Positions 48,909 through 58,683 of a stretch of DNA of 64,000 nucleotides are shown here, piece after piece. How positions within the stretch are numbered: position 1 is the stretch's first letter; each line of letters starts with the position of its first letter. The DNA is from Clostridiales bacterium. GTDB taxonomy: Bacteria; Bacillota; Desulfotomaculia; Desulfotomaculales; VENG01. The notes under the pieces were generated by a model. The model worked only from the letters and a program-made list of their open reading frames with translations, did not search any database and was not told where the DNA came from. The DNA is taken from the NCBI GenBank assembly GCA_021736985.1, contig JAIPEW010000001.1:159649-223648 (forward strand), given 5' to 3'. The translations under genes and the position numbers were made by a program.

Positions 48909-50273
48909 TTGTTTAAATATAGCTTTACAGACTTAGTTTTATTGGTTGGGACAAACCCATTACCTAACTATGTTGTAACAAAATATTTTCTACAAAGCAA
49001 TGTAGATATCCAATGCATTTGGTTGGTTTACTCTGAGCATACAAACTATCAACAAGGAACTGAAGAGTTAGCTAATTGTATAAAAGACACTGTTATTGAA
49101 GATATAAATAAGGCGAGAGATATAAAAATGAATCTTGTAAGTTTAAGTGATGTTAGTTCGGCAATAAAAATAAAAAATGATATTGAGAAAAAAATGTTAA
49201 GTAAATTATTATCTAATGGGTCAGGGCATAGTGTTCATTTAAATTATACTGGTGGGACAAAAGCTATGGCGGTTCATATCTACAGAGAAGTAGAGAAAAA
49301 AATAGAGAGTAAAAGCTCTTTTTCCTATTTAGATGCCAGAGATTTTACGCTTAAAGATGATAATGAAGGCACTATTACTAATGATTTGAGAGAAACATTA
49401 GATATTTCTCTTGAAACTTTAATGAATCTACATGGATATGAAAGAAAAGATAAAAACTCTAAGCAAGATACTTTTGATAATCAAAAAGTAATTAATGAGT
49501 TTAAAAAAATTATTAATAATGAAGAGTTAGATTCATATTTGAAATGGCAAAATAATTTTTTGCGTAAGAATTATTTTGATGAAAAGGGGTTTATAGAAAA
49601 TAAGAGCAGGTTTTTGAAACATAACAAGCTGGAGGAAGAAGATAAATCAGGATGGGATAGATTAAGGCAGGAATTTAACGATGTAACACCCCCATCAGTT
49701 ATGAATTTATTAAAGTCATTACCATCAGATAAATCCATAATTGATGAAAATAATGAATTATGGATACCGGATAAATCTATTAATAAGAAGTTATTTAAAA
49801 ATAGATTAAAGCCCTCTGTAAATGGTTGTTTAGCAGGAAAATGGTTGGAGTCTTATGTGGAAAATATTATAAAAGAAAATATTGAAGTGGATGAACAGTT
49901 AAAATTAAAAGATATTCCTATTGAGTCAAACTGGGAAATTAAAAGCAAAAAAGGCAACAAGGAATTTGAACTGGATGTTATTGTGATAAACGGATATCAA
50001 ATTTGCGGGATATCATGTACAACAGGTAAAGATAAGGGTTTATGCAAGGAGAAAGGATTTGAAATTCTTTTCCGTGTTAACCAGATAGGAGGAGATGAAG
50101 CAAGGGCTATTCTGGTTACTCCATTATCTGATGACAGAGTTGAAGATTTAACAGAAGATTTAAAAATGGTTTCCGGAACAACGGAGGATAAACTGCTTGT
50201 TATTGGCCAAGCAGACCTAAAAGAGGAGATACTATGGAAAAAAATCAAAGAACATATTTGGAGTAGGAGGTAA
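48909..50273 (+). CDS. can2: CARF-domain plus PD-(D/E)xK nuclease effector, Can2/Card1-like (DUF1887-type)
   Basis: N-terminus DLVLLVGTNPLPNYVV (CARF Rossmann start). C-terminus GKWLESYVEN...FELDVIVINGYQICGISCTTGKDKGLCKEKGFE (D...ExK nuclease core). TTG start after SD aaagagggg. Sits directly upstream of cas10. Confidence 0.65.
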   Translation: MFKYSFTDLVLLVGTNPLPNYVVTKYFLQSNVDIQCIWLVYSEHTNYQQGTEELANCIKDTVIEDINKARDIKMNLVSLSDVSSAIKIKNDIEKKMLSKLLSNGSGHSVHLNYTGGTKAMAVHIYREVEKKIESKSSFSYLDARDFTLKDDNEGTITNDLRETLDISLETLMNLHGYERKDKNSKQDTFDNQKVINEFKKIINNEELDSYLKWQNNFLRKNYFDEKGFIENKSRFLKHNKLEEEDKSGWDRLRQEFNDVTPPSVMNLLKSLPSDKSIIDENNELWIPDKSINKKLFKNRLKPSVNGCLAGKWLESYVENIIKENIEVDEQLKLKDIPIESNWEIKSKKGNKEFELDVIVINGYQICGISCTTGKDKGLCKEKGFEILFRVNQIGGDEARAILVTPLSDDRVEDLTEDLKMVSGTTEDKLLVIGQADLKEEILWKKIKEHIWSRR

Positions 50274-50276
50274 GCT

Positions 50277-51839
50277 ATGAATACTGTGACCGCTGTTCTG
50301 CTTGATACTGTATCCATTCAAAAGTATGTATTTGCTAGTAATTTACTTAAAGAAAATCTGGGTGCTTCATACCTTGTTGATAATATTTACAATGGTGACT
50401 TAAAGGAGTCTTTAAAAGAGGTACTTGGTTTTGATCCAGATGTTGATAGTTGGCAAAAAGATCCACAAAAAATAAATATAGCTGAAGATTCAAGTGTTGA
50501 ATACGAGACAGGATACATTGGAGGAGGTAATGCATTACTTCTTTTCCGAGAATTGGAGACAGCTAAGGTCTTTGTAAATAATTGGACTAGAAGATTATTG
50601 GTTACAGCTCCTGGTCTTCAAATTGCTGCGGCAATTGGGAATTTAGATCTGGATAATAATTCTTTCAGTGAAAGCTTAGTACAACTATTTAAACAGTTGA
50701 CAAAAAATAAAAATAAGTTTTTTCCTAATACAAGTTTACCCAAGCATGGAATAACAGCAGACTGTCCACATTCAGGTTTTTCGACAGAATTTTATTACGA
50801 AGATTTCGAATATGAGAAAGTTTATGTTTCTTCTGTGTCCTGGTCAAAATTATGTGCTGCTCAGAAGTCTGAAGAAAAAATAATAAAAGAGTATAAAGAG
50901 GTACTGGGTAATAACTACACCTTTACAAATAAAATTGATCTATTGGGACAAGTAGAAGGTAAAAGTTATATATCTATAGTGCATATAGACGGTAATGAAA
51001 TGGGTAAAAGATTTTCTAAATGCCAAACCCTACCGGAACGAAGGAATCTTTCTATAGCGGTGGATAAAGCGACAAAGAGTGCCTTTGGAAAATTATTGCA
51101 ATATATAAGAGATAATATAGGTTTACTCCAAGAAGAAGGTTTTAATATTAATAAAAATCTTGGAAAAACTAAAACTATATTTCCTATTCGTCCTATAGTT
51201 TTAGGCGGGGATGATGTGACCTTTGTAACAGACGGACGTCTTGGAGTTCATTTGGCTGAAAAATTTGTTCGTTTTATTGAAAAGGAAAAAATCGGTGAAA
51301 ATGAAAACCTTTATACCTCGGCTGGTGTAGTTATAACCAAGTCCAAACACCCCTTTTTCCGGGGATATGAAATGGCAGAAGGTTTATGTGATTCGGCAAA
51401 AGAGGGAGCTAGAAAGCAGAAAAATTCATCATGGTTAGATTTTCACATTGTTTATGGGGGTTTTTCTGGAAACTTAGGTGAAATAAGGGAAAAAAATATT
51501 GCACAGGGAGGTAAGCTTTATTTTGGGCCATATATAATTTCTAATTTGCAAGAGACAAAAAGTATAACTAATTTAAAAAATGGTATAAAAGAATTTGGTG
51601 ATAAGGAAAAATGGCCTCGGTCTAAAGTTAAGGAATTGCGCTCAGTATTACCGCTGGGCAAGAGTGAGGTAGAGAAATTTATTAGGGAATTAAGAGGTGT
51701 AAGACTTCGACTTCCCTATATCACTGGTGAAAAGGATTATTCAATAAATGGATGGGAAGATAAAGAAACACCTTATTTTGATATGATTGAATTATTAGAA
51801 TTCTATCCAATTAGTTTATTAAGCGAACAAGGGGTGTAG
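50277..51839 (+). CDS. cas10: compact Cas10-like cyclase subunit lacking an HD domain (type III-D-like)
   Basis: Starts directly with the Cas10 palm-1 pattern LLDTVSIQKYVFASNLLKENLGASYLV. The second palm reads ISIVHIDGNEMGKRF ... PIVLGGDDVTFVTDG (GGDD). Only 520 aa. Confidence 0.7.
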   Translation: MNTVTAVLLDTVSIQKYVFASNLLKENLGASYLVDNIYNGDLKESLKEVLGFDPDVDSWQKDPQKINIAEDSSVEYETGYIGGGNALLLFRELETAKVFVNNWTRRLLVTAPGLQIAAAIGNLDLDNNSFSESLVQLFKQLTKNKNKFFPNTSLPKHGITADCPHSGFSTEFYYEDFEYEKVYVSSVSWSKLCAAQKSEEKIIKEYKEVLGNNYTFTNKIDLLGQVEGKSYISIVHIDGNEMGKRFSKCQTLPERRNLSIAVDKATKSAFGKLLQYIRDNIGLLQEEGFNINKNLGKTKTIFPIRPIVLGGDDVTFVTDGRLGVHLAEKFVRFIEKEKIGENENLYTSAGVVITKSKHPFFRGYEMAEGLCDSAKEGARKQKNSSWLDFHIVYGGFSGNLGEIREKNIAQGGKLYFGPYIISNLQETKSITNLKNGIKEFGDKEKWPRSKVKELRSVLPLGKSEVEKFIRELRGVRLRLPYITGEKDYSINGWEDKETPYFDMIELLEFYPISLLSEQGV

Positions 51840-51842
51840 GCA

Positions 51843-52490
51843 GTGCAAAAAGTCCAAATTAATATAGAGTTGAAATCGCCCTTATTGCTGGGTTCTGGAG
51901 AAGGTTGGGGTTCACTAATTGATACAGATATAGTTTTTGACCGCTATGGATTACCTTATTTCCCAGCCAGAAGGCTAAAAGGATTAATGAGGGAGAGCGC
52001 AATAGAAATTATTGAAATTCTTCGCCATCATGTTGAAGGTTTTACACAAACAAGTATAAACCAAATTTTTGGAACCGGGACCAATCCAGGCCAGATAAAA
52101 TTCCATAATGCATTTCTGAAAGAGTATGATAATACTATAGAATGGTTAAAGTGGGCCTTTGAAGAATATTCAAATATCTTATCTGCAGAAACTGTACTGG
52201 ATACTATGACTGAAGTTCGTATGCAGACAGCAGTAAAAAATGATGGTACAGCTGAAAATGCAAGTCTTCGTAGTCAACGCGTTTTAACCCCTGAGCATAA
52301 ATTTATCGCTCAGGTCCATATAATTGAGGAAAATCAACATGCTTTTAAGCTGTTAGCATTAGCATGTGCTAACCTACGTCATATTGGTAGTAAACGCAAT
52401 AGAGGTTATGGGGAAGTTGAGTGCTCATTATGGGAAAATAATAAAAATATAACTAATAGTACAATTGAGCAGATAAAGGAAGGTGTTTAA
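51843..52490 (+). CDS. cas7: Cas7-family RAMP (Csm3/Cmr4-like)
   Basis: LLLGSGEGWGSLIDTDIVFDRYGLPYFPARRLKGLMRES and the Gly-rich loop GSKRNRGYGEVE. GTG start. Confidence 0.7.
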   Translation: MQKVQINIELKSPLLLGSGEGWGSLIDTDIVFDRYGLPYFPARRLKGLMRESAIEIIEILRHHVEGFTQTSINQIFGTGTNPGQIKFHNAFLKEYDNTIEWLKWAFEEYSNILSAETVLDTMTEVRMQTAVKNDGTAENASLRSQRVLTPEHKFIAQVHIIEENQHAFKLLALACANLRHIGSKRNRGYGEVECSLWENNKNITNSTIEQIKEGV

Positions 52491-54048
52491 GGTGTATGCT
52501 CTTGAATATCGGCTTAAAACCCTATCACCTGTTTTAATAAGCAGTTTTGGGGATGCAAATATGACAAAAACTATGGATTTCATACCGGGGAATGTTTTAT
52601 TGGGTGCTTTTGCATCTAATTATATAAATAAAAATAAAATTATTTCTGATGCACATAAGGATGAACAATTTTATAAATGGTTTCTTTTAGGAGATATTAT
52701 ATTTTCTAATGCTTATCTATTAGTGAATGATGAAAAAAAAGAAATAAAATTGTGCCCGTCACCTATGTCAGTTCAGACTGATAAAGCTGAAAAAAATATT
52801 TATAATTTAATTGTTATGGATGATGATCTAGATGAACCTACAAAAGAAGTTGGGTATTATTCATATTTCAGCGGTAATAAGATTATTAAACAAATACCCG
52901 AGAAGCAAATTAGTTTTCATCACTGGAGGAAAGAAAGGCTAAAAGGAAACAGCAGTGAAGGAGGTATTTTTAATTACGAATCTTTGACAGAGGGACAAAC
53001 TTTTTGGGGTAATATTTATGGTGAAAAAACTGATTTAGAACAAATAAAAGAAAAATTTGGGGACAAAATTACTATCCAGATTGGACGTTCAAAAAACACT
53101 CAGTACGGACAGGCAGAAGTCAATTTATTAGATATTGAAAAATTCAATCCAAGTATATATTTTGAAAACGATAATTTAGAGGACAATGAAATATTGTTAA
53201 CACTTACTTCACCTGTAATTTTAATGAATAAATTTGGTTATCCCGAGGTTTCATTAGAAATTTTACGTGAGTACCTGGAGGATGTATTAAATTATAACAA
53301 GTTTAATATTGAACAGTCCTATGCCAAGGTTGAATCTATAGAAGGCCATGTTTCAGTATGGAAATTAAAAAAAACATTAGAGAAAGCTTTTTGTAAAGGT
53401 GCTACTTTTAAAATTATTTTTGAAGATAGTATTAACGAAAATCTTAAGGAAAAGTTACAACAACTCATGATTAACGGTATAGGAGAGAGAAAGAATGAGG
53501 GTTTTGGAAGGGTAGCGATTAATTGGGCTGTCAATGAACAATACATAAACAAGGAATTAAAAATGCAAAAAACACCAAAACCTTCTAAAAAGCCTTCAAA
53601 TATAGTAAGCAATGTATTTGTTTCTATTATAAAAAATAATATCAGTAAATTTATAACAAATGAGGCAGTAAGTGAGGTTAGCAATTATTCTTGTCAGTCA
53701 CTACCTAATAGTTTTTTAGGTAGACTTGAACTAATGCTTAAAAATGCCAATGATGCTGATGAATTTGTAAAAAGTGTACACAAGTTGAGAGATACTGCAA
53801 AAGATAAATTAAAAACTTGTAGAAATAAGCGCCAGACATTATTGCAAACCATAATAAATAATAATACTCCTAACTGGGAGCAAGTGCTAAGAAAAAATGA
53901 AAATATAAATGATCTAGAAAAAATGGCTAAAGAAATAGATTACAATTTTAAAGAAGATAAAGATTTTACAGAAGAAATCTATAAGAAATATTGGCTGACC
54001 TTTTTTAGAACAATTAGAAAATTAAATAAAGAAAAGGGAGGGGTATAA
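52483..54048 (+). CDS. csx10: Cas5-like RAMP (Csx10-like) with a C-terminal helical extension (possible Cas11 fusion)
   Basis: LKTLSPVLISS...MDFIPGNVLLGAFAS, GRSKNTQYGQAEV and GIGERKNEGFGRVAINW. The last 170 aa or so are Lys/Asn-rich and look helical. The start is GTG 52483 or, more likely, GTG 52492. Confidence 0.55.
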   Translation: MFKVYALEYRLKTLSPVLISSFGDANMTKTMDFIPGNVLLGAFASNYINKNKIISDAHKDEQFYKWFLLGDIIFSNAYLLVNDEKKEIKLCPSPMSVQTDKAEKNIYNLIVMDDDLDEPTKEVGYYSYFSGNKIIKQIPEKQISFHHWRKERLKGNSSEGGIFNYESLTEGQTFWGNIYGEKTDLEQIKEKFGDKITIQIGRSKNTQYGQAEVNLLDIEKFNPSIYFENDNLEDNEILLTLTSPVILMNKFGYPEVSLEILREYLEDVLNYNKFNIEQSYAKVESIEGHVSVWKLKKTLEKAFCKGATFKIIFEDSINENLKEKLQQLMINGIGERKNEGFGRVAINWAVNEQYINKELKMQKTPKPSKKPSNIVSNVFVSIIKNNISKFITNEAVSEVSNYSCQSLPNSFLGRLELMLKNANDADEFVKSVHKLRDTAKDKLKTCRNKRQTLLQTIINNNTPNWEQVLRKNENINDLEKMAKEIDYNFKEDKDFTEEIYKKYWLTFFRTIRKLNKEKGGV

Positions 54049-54049
54049 A

Positions 54050-55429
54050 ATGGACAAGGCCTCTATAACAGGTAAGCTTCTACTACTGGGTCAGCTAGTA
54101 TTAAAATCTCCTTTAATTGTTGGCAGTGGTTTCGGGGATGAGGAAATTGATATTACAGTTCTCAAAGACAGCATAGGTATGCCTTATGTCCCTGCTACAT
54201 CATTAGCCGGTGTTTTACGTCATTATTTTTTTAATGTTGTTGACATAAAAGATGTAAGTGAGAAACAGCTAAATTATTTTTGGGGATCAGATAAATGGAG
54301 AAAGAATGATAATAAATATCAAAGTGCATTTTTTTTGAGTGAATTAACTACAAGTGAACAACCCACCATAAGCGTCAGAGATGGTATTAAGATTGGTAGC
54401 AATGGAATTGCAGTTGATAAAGGAAAATTTGACTATGAAATAGTAGAACCGGGGGCAAAATTTAATTTTAAAATAGAGGTTAATCTCAGGCAAGACTATG
54501 ATAAAGAGCTTTTTAAGAGAATTTTGGCCTTTTTAGTTAGTGCAATGGAAAATAGAGAAATTATGCTTGGTGCAATGACTACCAAAGGTTTTGGTAGATG
54601 TGAGTTAGATTATAAAAAATATTATGAGCTTGATTTTACTAAAAAGAAAGATGTTATTGCATGGCTTAAGAATAGCACCAATGAATTACAAGAGGGTTTA
54701 TTAGATGTTGAAAATGTTTTTACAGCTAAAAATAATGATTTTTATATAGATGTAATGCTTGAAATTAAGTCATCTTTAATAATTCGTTCCTATTCAGGTG
54801 ACCCACAGGCTCCGGATGCTGTGCATATCCATAGTAATAATAAACCAGTACTTACGGGGACATCGATTAAAGGAGCTATAAGAAATAGAGCAGAGTATAT
54901 AATTAATACACTTGGTGGAAATAGCAATAAAATGGTAAAAGAACTTATGGGGTGGGCTGATGACAGGGGAAAAAGTAAGGAAAAATATAAGAGTAGAGTT
55001 ATAGTGGAAGAAACAAAAATTGATAATGCTGTTCCCAAGATACAAAACAGAATAAAAATTGACCGTTTTACTGGAGGAACTATCAAAACGGCACTTTTTA
55101 ATACAACTCCTCTTTGGCCAGTAGAGTCTGGAAAAAATATGGTACAGATTAGGCTGACTGTTAAGCAGTATAAAGATTGGGAGGTGGGTCTACTGCTGCT
55201 GCTTCTGAAAGATTTATGGTCCGGAGACCTGCCTGTTGGCGGCGAAAAAAATATAGGCCGAGGCCTATTTAAGGGAGTTAAGGCAGATATATCCTATGAA
55301 GATAAAGTAGTAAAAATATCTCAGCAAAAAGATGGTTTAAAAATAGATGAAGGTAATGTTGATGAGTTAGAGAGTTTTATCAATGCATTTAATGATATGT
55401 GTCGGGGGAAGGAGGCCTCCCATGACTAA
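54050..55429 (+). CDS. cas7: double Cas7 RAMP fusion (Cas7-2x)
   Basis: Two RAMP cores. The first has SPLIVGSG...GMPYVPATSLAGVLRH...TTKGFGRCEL. The second has SSLIIRSYSG...PVLTGTSIKGAIRNRAEY...IDRFTGGT...GGEKNIGRGLFKG. Confidence 0.7.
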   Translation: MDKASITGKLLLLGQLVLKSPLIVGSGFGDEEIDITVLKDSIGMPYVPATSLAGVLRHYFFNVVDIKDVSEKQLNYFWGSDKWRKNDNKYQSAFFLSELTTSEQPTISVRDGIKIGSNGIAVDKGKFDYEIVEPGAKFNFKIEVNLRQDYDKELFKRILAFLVSAMENREIMLGAMTTKGFGRCELDYKKYYELDFTKKKDVIAWLKNSTNELQEGLLDVENVFTAKNNDFYIDVMLEIKSSLIIRSYSGDPQAPDAVHIHSNNKPVLTGTSIKGAIRNRAEYIINTLGGNSNKMVKELMGWADDRGKSKEKYKSRVIVEETKIDNAVPKIQNRIKIDRFTGGTIKTALFNTTPLWPVESGKNMVQIRLTVKQYKDWEVGLLLLLLKDLWSGDLPVGGEKNIGRGLFKGVKADISYEDKVVKISQQKDGLKIDEGNVDELESFINAFNDMCRGKEASHD

Positions 55430-55994
55430 TAGTGATGTAGTAGGGCTTGAATGGGAAAAAATAAAAACAGAAGCAATGTTTGAGAAGGGACAGGTAATTC
55501 GAAATATCATAGATTTGCAGGAAAAAATAAGTGAGATGTTTCAAAGTAATGGAGAGGTCGTTGCTTATATAGACTATAAGGTTTTAATAGGTACATTCGA
55601 GAAGGGCAAATTGTTTTTCTATGCAAATGAACAATTTGAGCCAAAATATTTGCAAAAATTACGAGTGTTTAATAAAGATAAAGAAATCTATTTATGGCGA
55701 ACAAAAGAATGTCAGTTTAACATTCGTGCCCGTTTGGACGGCCAAGGTTATGAAAAGGATATAGTAGATGCTGATCAAGTTATCTGGGGTACAAAAGAAG
55801 ATAGATTAGAAAACGGATGGAGTAAAATATATGAGGAGCGGGGAATGGAATTAATAGTGCCCTTTTTAAATAAAAACTTTAATGAAAAAAGCAGGGCAAA
55901 GATAAAAACGCGTAATTATATCGATTATAATGACCTTGGTCAAGCTGGTTATGTTGATTGCAGGTTTTTGGAATTTGTACCGGGAGGGGAGTAA
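55422..55994 (+). CDS. csx19: Csx19-like small type III-D accessory subunit
   Basis: 190-aa non-RAMP protein between Cas7-2x and the large Cas7, the position Csx19 takes in III-D loci. ATG 55422 follows SD ggaagg and overlaps the upstream stop. This is a positional assignment only. Confidence 0.45.
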   Translation: MTNSDVVGLEWEKIKTEAMFEKGQVIRNIIDLQEKISEMFQSNGEVVAYIDYKVLIGTFEKGKLFFYANEQFEPKYLQKLRVFNKDKEIYLWRTKECQFNIRARLDGQGYEKDIVDADQVIWGTKEDRLENGWSKIYEERGMELIVPFLNKNFNEKSRAKIKTRNYIDYNDLGQAGYVDCRFLEFVPGGE

Positions 55995-55995
55995 C

Positions 55996-58062
55996 TTGGA
56001 AGATGGTAAAATTTGTGTTAGTAGGACTAAAAAAGGTAAGCTGGATGGTAAGATACATCTAGAAAATGGTAAAATTATGCCTGTTCCACCTCATTATAAA
56101 ATTGAAGAATCATTAAACGATAAAGATTGTCAGATAGAAAGGCAAAAAGGCCAAATAGTTAATATCATTATAGATGGAAAAGAGTTAAAAACAAAAGAAA
56201 ACCAGGTATCTACCCAATCGAGTTCTGTTGAAAAAAAAGAGCATGCAAAACAAAAAAAGTGTTCACCCTCAAAAGAGAAAAAATTTACCAAGAAATCTGC
56301 AAAAGCACCTTATAACTTTATTCCCTTGAACAATCATATAGTAGAATCATCTTTTAAACCTGAAGAGGTTTTTACTAAAATTTATCATAAAGAAAAGTTA
56401 ACAGGTAAAAAACGGTTAACGGGTAAAATAAATTTGGAGTTAGAAACCAAAACTCCTCTTTATATAAGGGATACAAGTAATTGGGAAAAAGAAGAAGATA
56501 ATATTAACCCTGAATTTTTTTCACCAGGAGGAAGATACAAAATTCCTGGTAGTAGTTTAAGGGGCATGACTAGAACATTGGTTGAAATAATTAGCTGGGG
56601 TAAATTTTCTTTTTTTGACAACAAATTGCTGTATTATCGTGAAGTGGCAGTTAAAAGTAGCTTAAATCAAGAATATCAAAGAAATATGATTTCTCGTGAT
56701 GGAAAAAAATTTAATGCAGGTTATCTTATAAAAGAAGGTGTAGATAATTATTACATTATTCCGGCCCAAAAAGAAAATGGGATACAATTTAAACAGATTA
56801 ATAAAAAAGAAATCAAAGCTAGTTTGTCTAATCAGCAATTTACTTATCATAAACGAGAAGATGGTAAGTATTTGGTATTTTCGGGGAATATGCCATACAA
56901 GGAACATCATTGGCTTATAAATCCACCGGATTTTGAAGCTCATTCTATACCCATAGAAAAAGATGATATAGAAAAATACAGTAAAGATGAAAACCGCTAT
57001 AGTGATAACAGTAATAAAAATGATAAAGATAAGCAGGATGGAGATCTGCTCCGGCAGTTAAGAGTAAGTGAGGAAGGGATAGTACCTTGCTTTTACGTTC
57101 ATTGGAAGGATAGCCAAAAAAGAGACAGAATATCATTCGGACATACAGGTTACTTTCGTTTAGCTTATAAAAAGACAATAGGAGATCATATACCAGACAA
57201 GCTTAAAAATGAGGATAAAATTGATTTAGCTGAAGCGATATTTGGAAAGGAATCTTATTTCGCATCCCGTGTTTCCTTTGAGGATGCCGAATTAGTTTCC
57301 GGGCAAAATAATATTCTTATGGAAAAAGTTTCACCGAAAATATTATCAACCCCCAAACCTACAACTTTCCAACACTATTTAGAGCAAGATACAGATGACA
57401 TAAAACAATTGAAGCACTGGAATGATGAGGTTAACATAAGGGGATACAAGCTTTACTGGCACAAAAATATAAATAATAATCCTAACTATTGGCAGGAAGA
57501 TGCTATTAAAGATGATACACAACATACTGTTATTAAACCAATAAAACCTGGGATGAGATTTAAGGGAAATATTAGATTTGAAAATCTTTCGGAAATAGAA
57601 TTAGGGGCCCTTCTTTTTGCGCTGGACCTGCCTGATAACCATTATCATAAGATTGGTATGGGAAAACCTCTTGGACTAGGTTCTGTAAAAATTAATACAA
57701 ACTTAATTATATCTGATAGAGAGAAAAGGTACGAAAAATTATTTTCCGGTAATGATTGGGAATTAGGTGAAAAAGAACAACCAATTAATAAGTATAAAGA
57801 TAAATTTGAAAAATTTATCTTGGCAAAATTAAAAGAATTTGAAGAAGACAAAAAGAATTATGAAGTAGGATCACTTTGGGAAACTGAAAGATTAAAACAA
57901 TTAAGAATTATTTTGGATTGGAGCAACACTTTACAAACAGAATGGCTTAGTAAAACAGATTACATGGAACTCGATCAATTTAAAAATAGACCGGTATTGC
58001 CAAAACCAGAGGTGTGTTTGGCAAGTAAAAAATACATAATTTCGCAGCGAATTTATACATAA
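55996..58062 (+). CDS. cas7: large Cas7-family RAMP with insertion (TIGR03986-like, Cas7-insertion)
   Basis: APYNFIPLN, YKIPGSSLRGMTRTLVEII, then a long insertion, then LGALLFALDLP...IGMGKPLGLGSVKI. Likely TTG start at 55996 after SD ggagggga (the ORF is open from 55930). Confidence 0.65.
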   Translation: MEDGKICVSRTKKGKLDGKIHLENGKIMPVPPHYKIEESLNDKDCQIERQKGQIVNIIIDGKELKTKENQVSTQSSSVEKKEHAKQKKCSPSKEKKFTKKSAKAPYNFIPLNNHIVESSFKPEEVFTKIYHKEKLTGKKRLTGKINLELETKTPLYIRDTSNWEKEEDNINPEFFSPGGRYKIPGSSLRGMTRTLVEIISWGKFSFFDNKLLYYREVAVKSSLNQEYQRNMISRDGKKFNAGYLIKEGVDNYYIIPAQKENGIQFKQINKKEIKASLSNQQFTYHKREDGKYLVFSGNMPYKEHHWLINPPDFEAHSIPIEKDDIEKYSKDENRYSDNSNKNDKDKQDGDLLRQLRVSEEGIVPCFYVHWKDSQKRDRISFGHTGYFRLAYKKTIGDHIPDKLKNEDKIDLAEAIFGKESYFASRVSFEDAELVSGQNNILMEKVSPKILSTPKPTTFQHYLEQDTDDIKQLKHWNDEVNIRGYKLYWHKNINNNPNYWQEDAIKDDTQHTVIKPIKPGMRFKGNIRFENLSEIELGALLFALDLPDNHYHKIGMGKPLGLGSVKINTNLIISDREKRYEKLFSGNDWELGEKEQPINKYKDKFEKFILAKLKEFEEDKKNYEVGSLWETERLKQLRIILDWSNTLQTEWLSKTDYMELDQFKNRPVLPKPEVCLASKKYIISQRIYT

Positions 58063-58068
58063 TTCCCA

Positions 58069-58080
58069 TTGCCAGTCATC
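58069..58080. repeat. IS21-family terminal inverted repeat (istB-proximal end)
   Basis: ttgccagtcatc is the reverse complement of 63919-63930. Confidence 0.6.
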
Positions 58081-58086
58081 AGCTTA

Positions 58087-58564
58087 CTAGTTTGAAACTT
58101 CAGAAAAATACCTACTATTTTCTTCCTGCTCTTGTTTTTGGTTGCTGTCTTTTTCTTTTTTAGATAGCGCATTCGTCAAGCGGTAGCTGTATCCTGTAAA
58201 AGATAAAATATGTGCATGATGGACAAGGCGATCAATAATAGCTGCAGTTAATCGTTTATCTCCAAACACTGTATTCCATTGACCAAATTCTAAGTTTGTC
58301 GTAACTATAATACTTGTAGTTTCATAGCTTTCTGAAATTACATCGAATAATAATTCAGCTCCGTCTTTATGGAAAGGAATAAACCCCAATTCATCAAGGA
58401 TAAGTAATTCTACTTTTCTCAAGTCTTTCATAAATCGATGTAAGGTACCGCTTTGATGTTTATCCAGAAGTGTTGAGACTAGATCAGATGCCCGAAAGAA
58501 TCGGACATACTTTCCTTGCTGGCAAGCTTCTAAACCGGTTGCTATCGCTAGATGAGTCTTTCCG
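58087..58564 (-). pseudogene. istB: istB helper ATPase, C-terminal part (split by the RIT insertion)
   Basis: Minus-strand reading from 58564: (G)KTHLAIATGLEACQQGKYVRFFRASDLV...VELLILDELGF...TTNLEFGQW...RLVHHAHIL. It starts mid Walker A. Confidence 0.8.
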
Positions 58565-58584
58565 TTATGAAAAGCTTTCTATAA

Positions 58585-58618
58585 CGGAAATTATCGAAAG
58601 TTTTTACTTATGGAAAGA
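58585..58618. repeat. RIT terminal inverted repeat (ritC-proximal)
   Basis: cggaaattatcgaaagtttttacttatggaaaga is a perfect reverse complement of 62008-62041. Confidence 0.85.
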
Positions 58619-58683
58619 TAATCAGAAAAACACGCAAGTGTTGCACTTCGTTCCTGAAAATCTTTCCATAATGTTTCTTGAAT

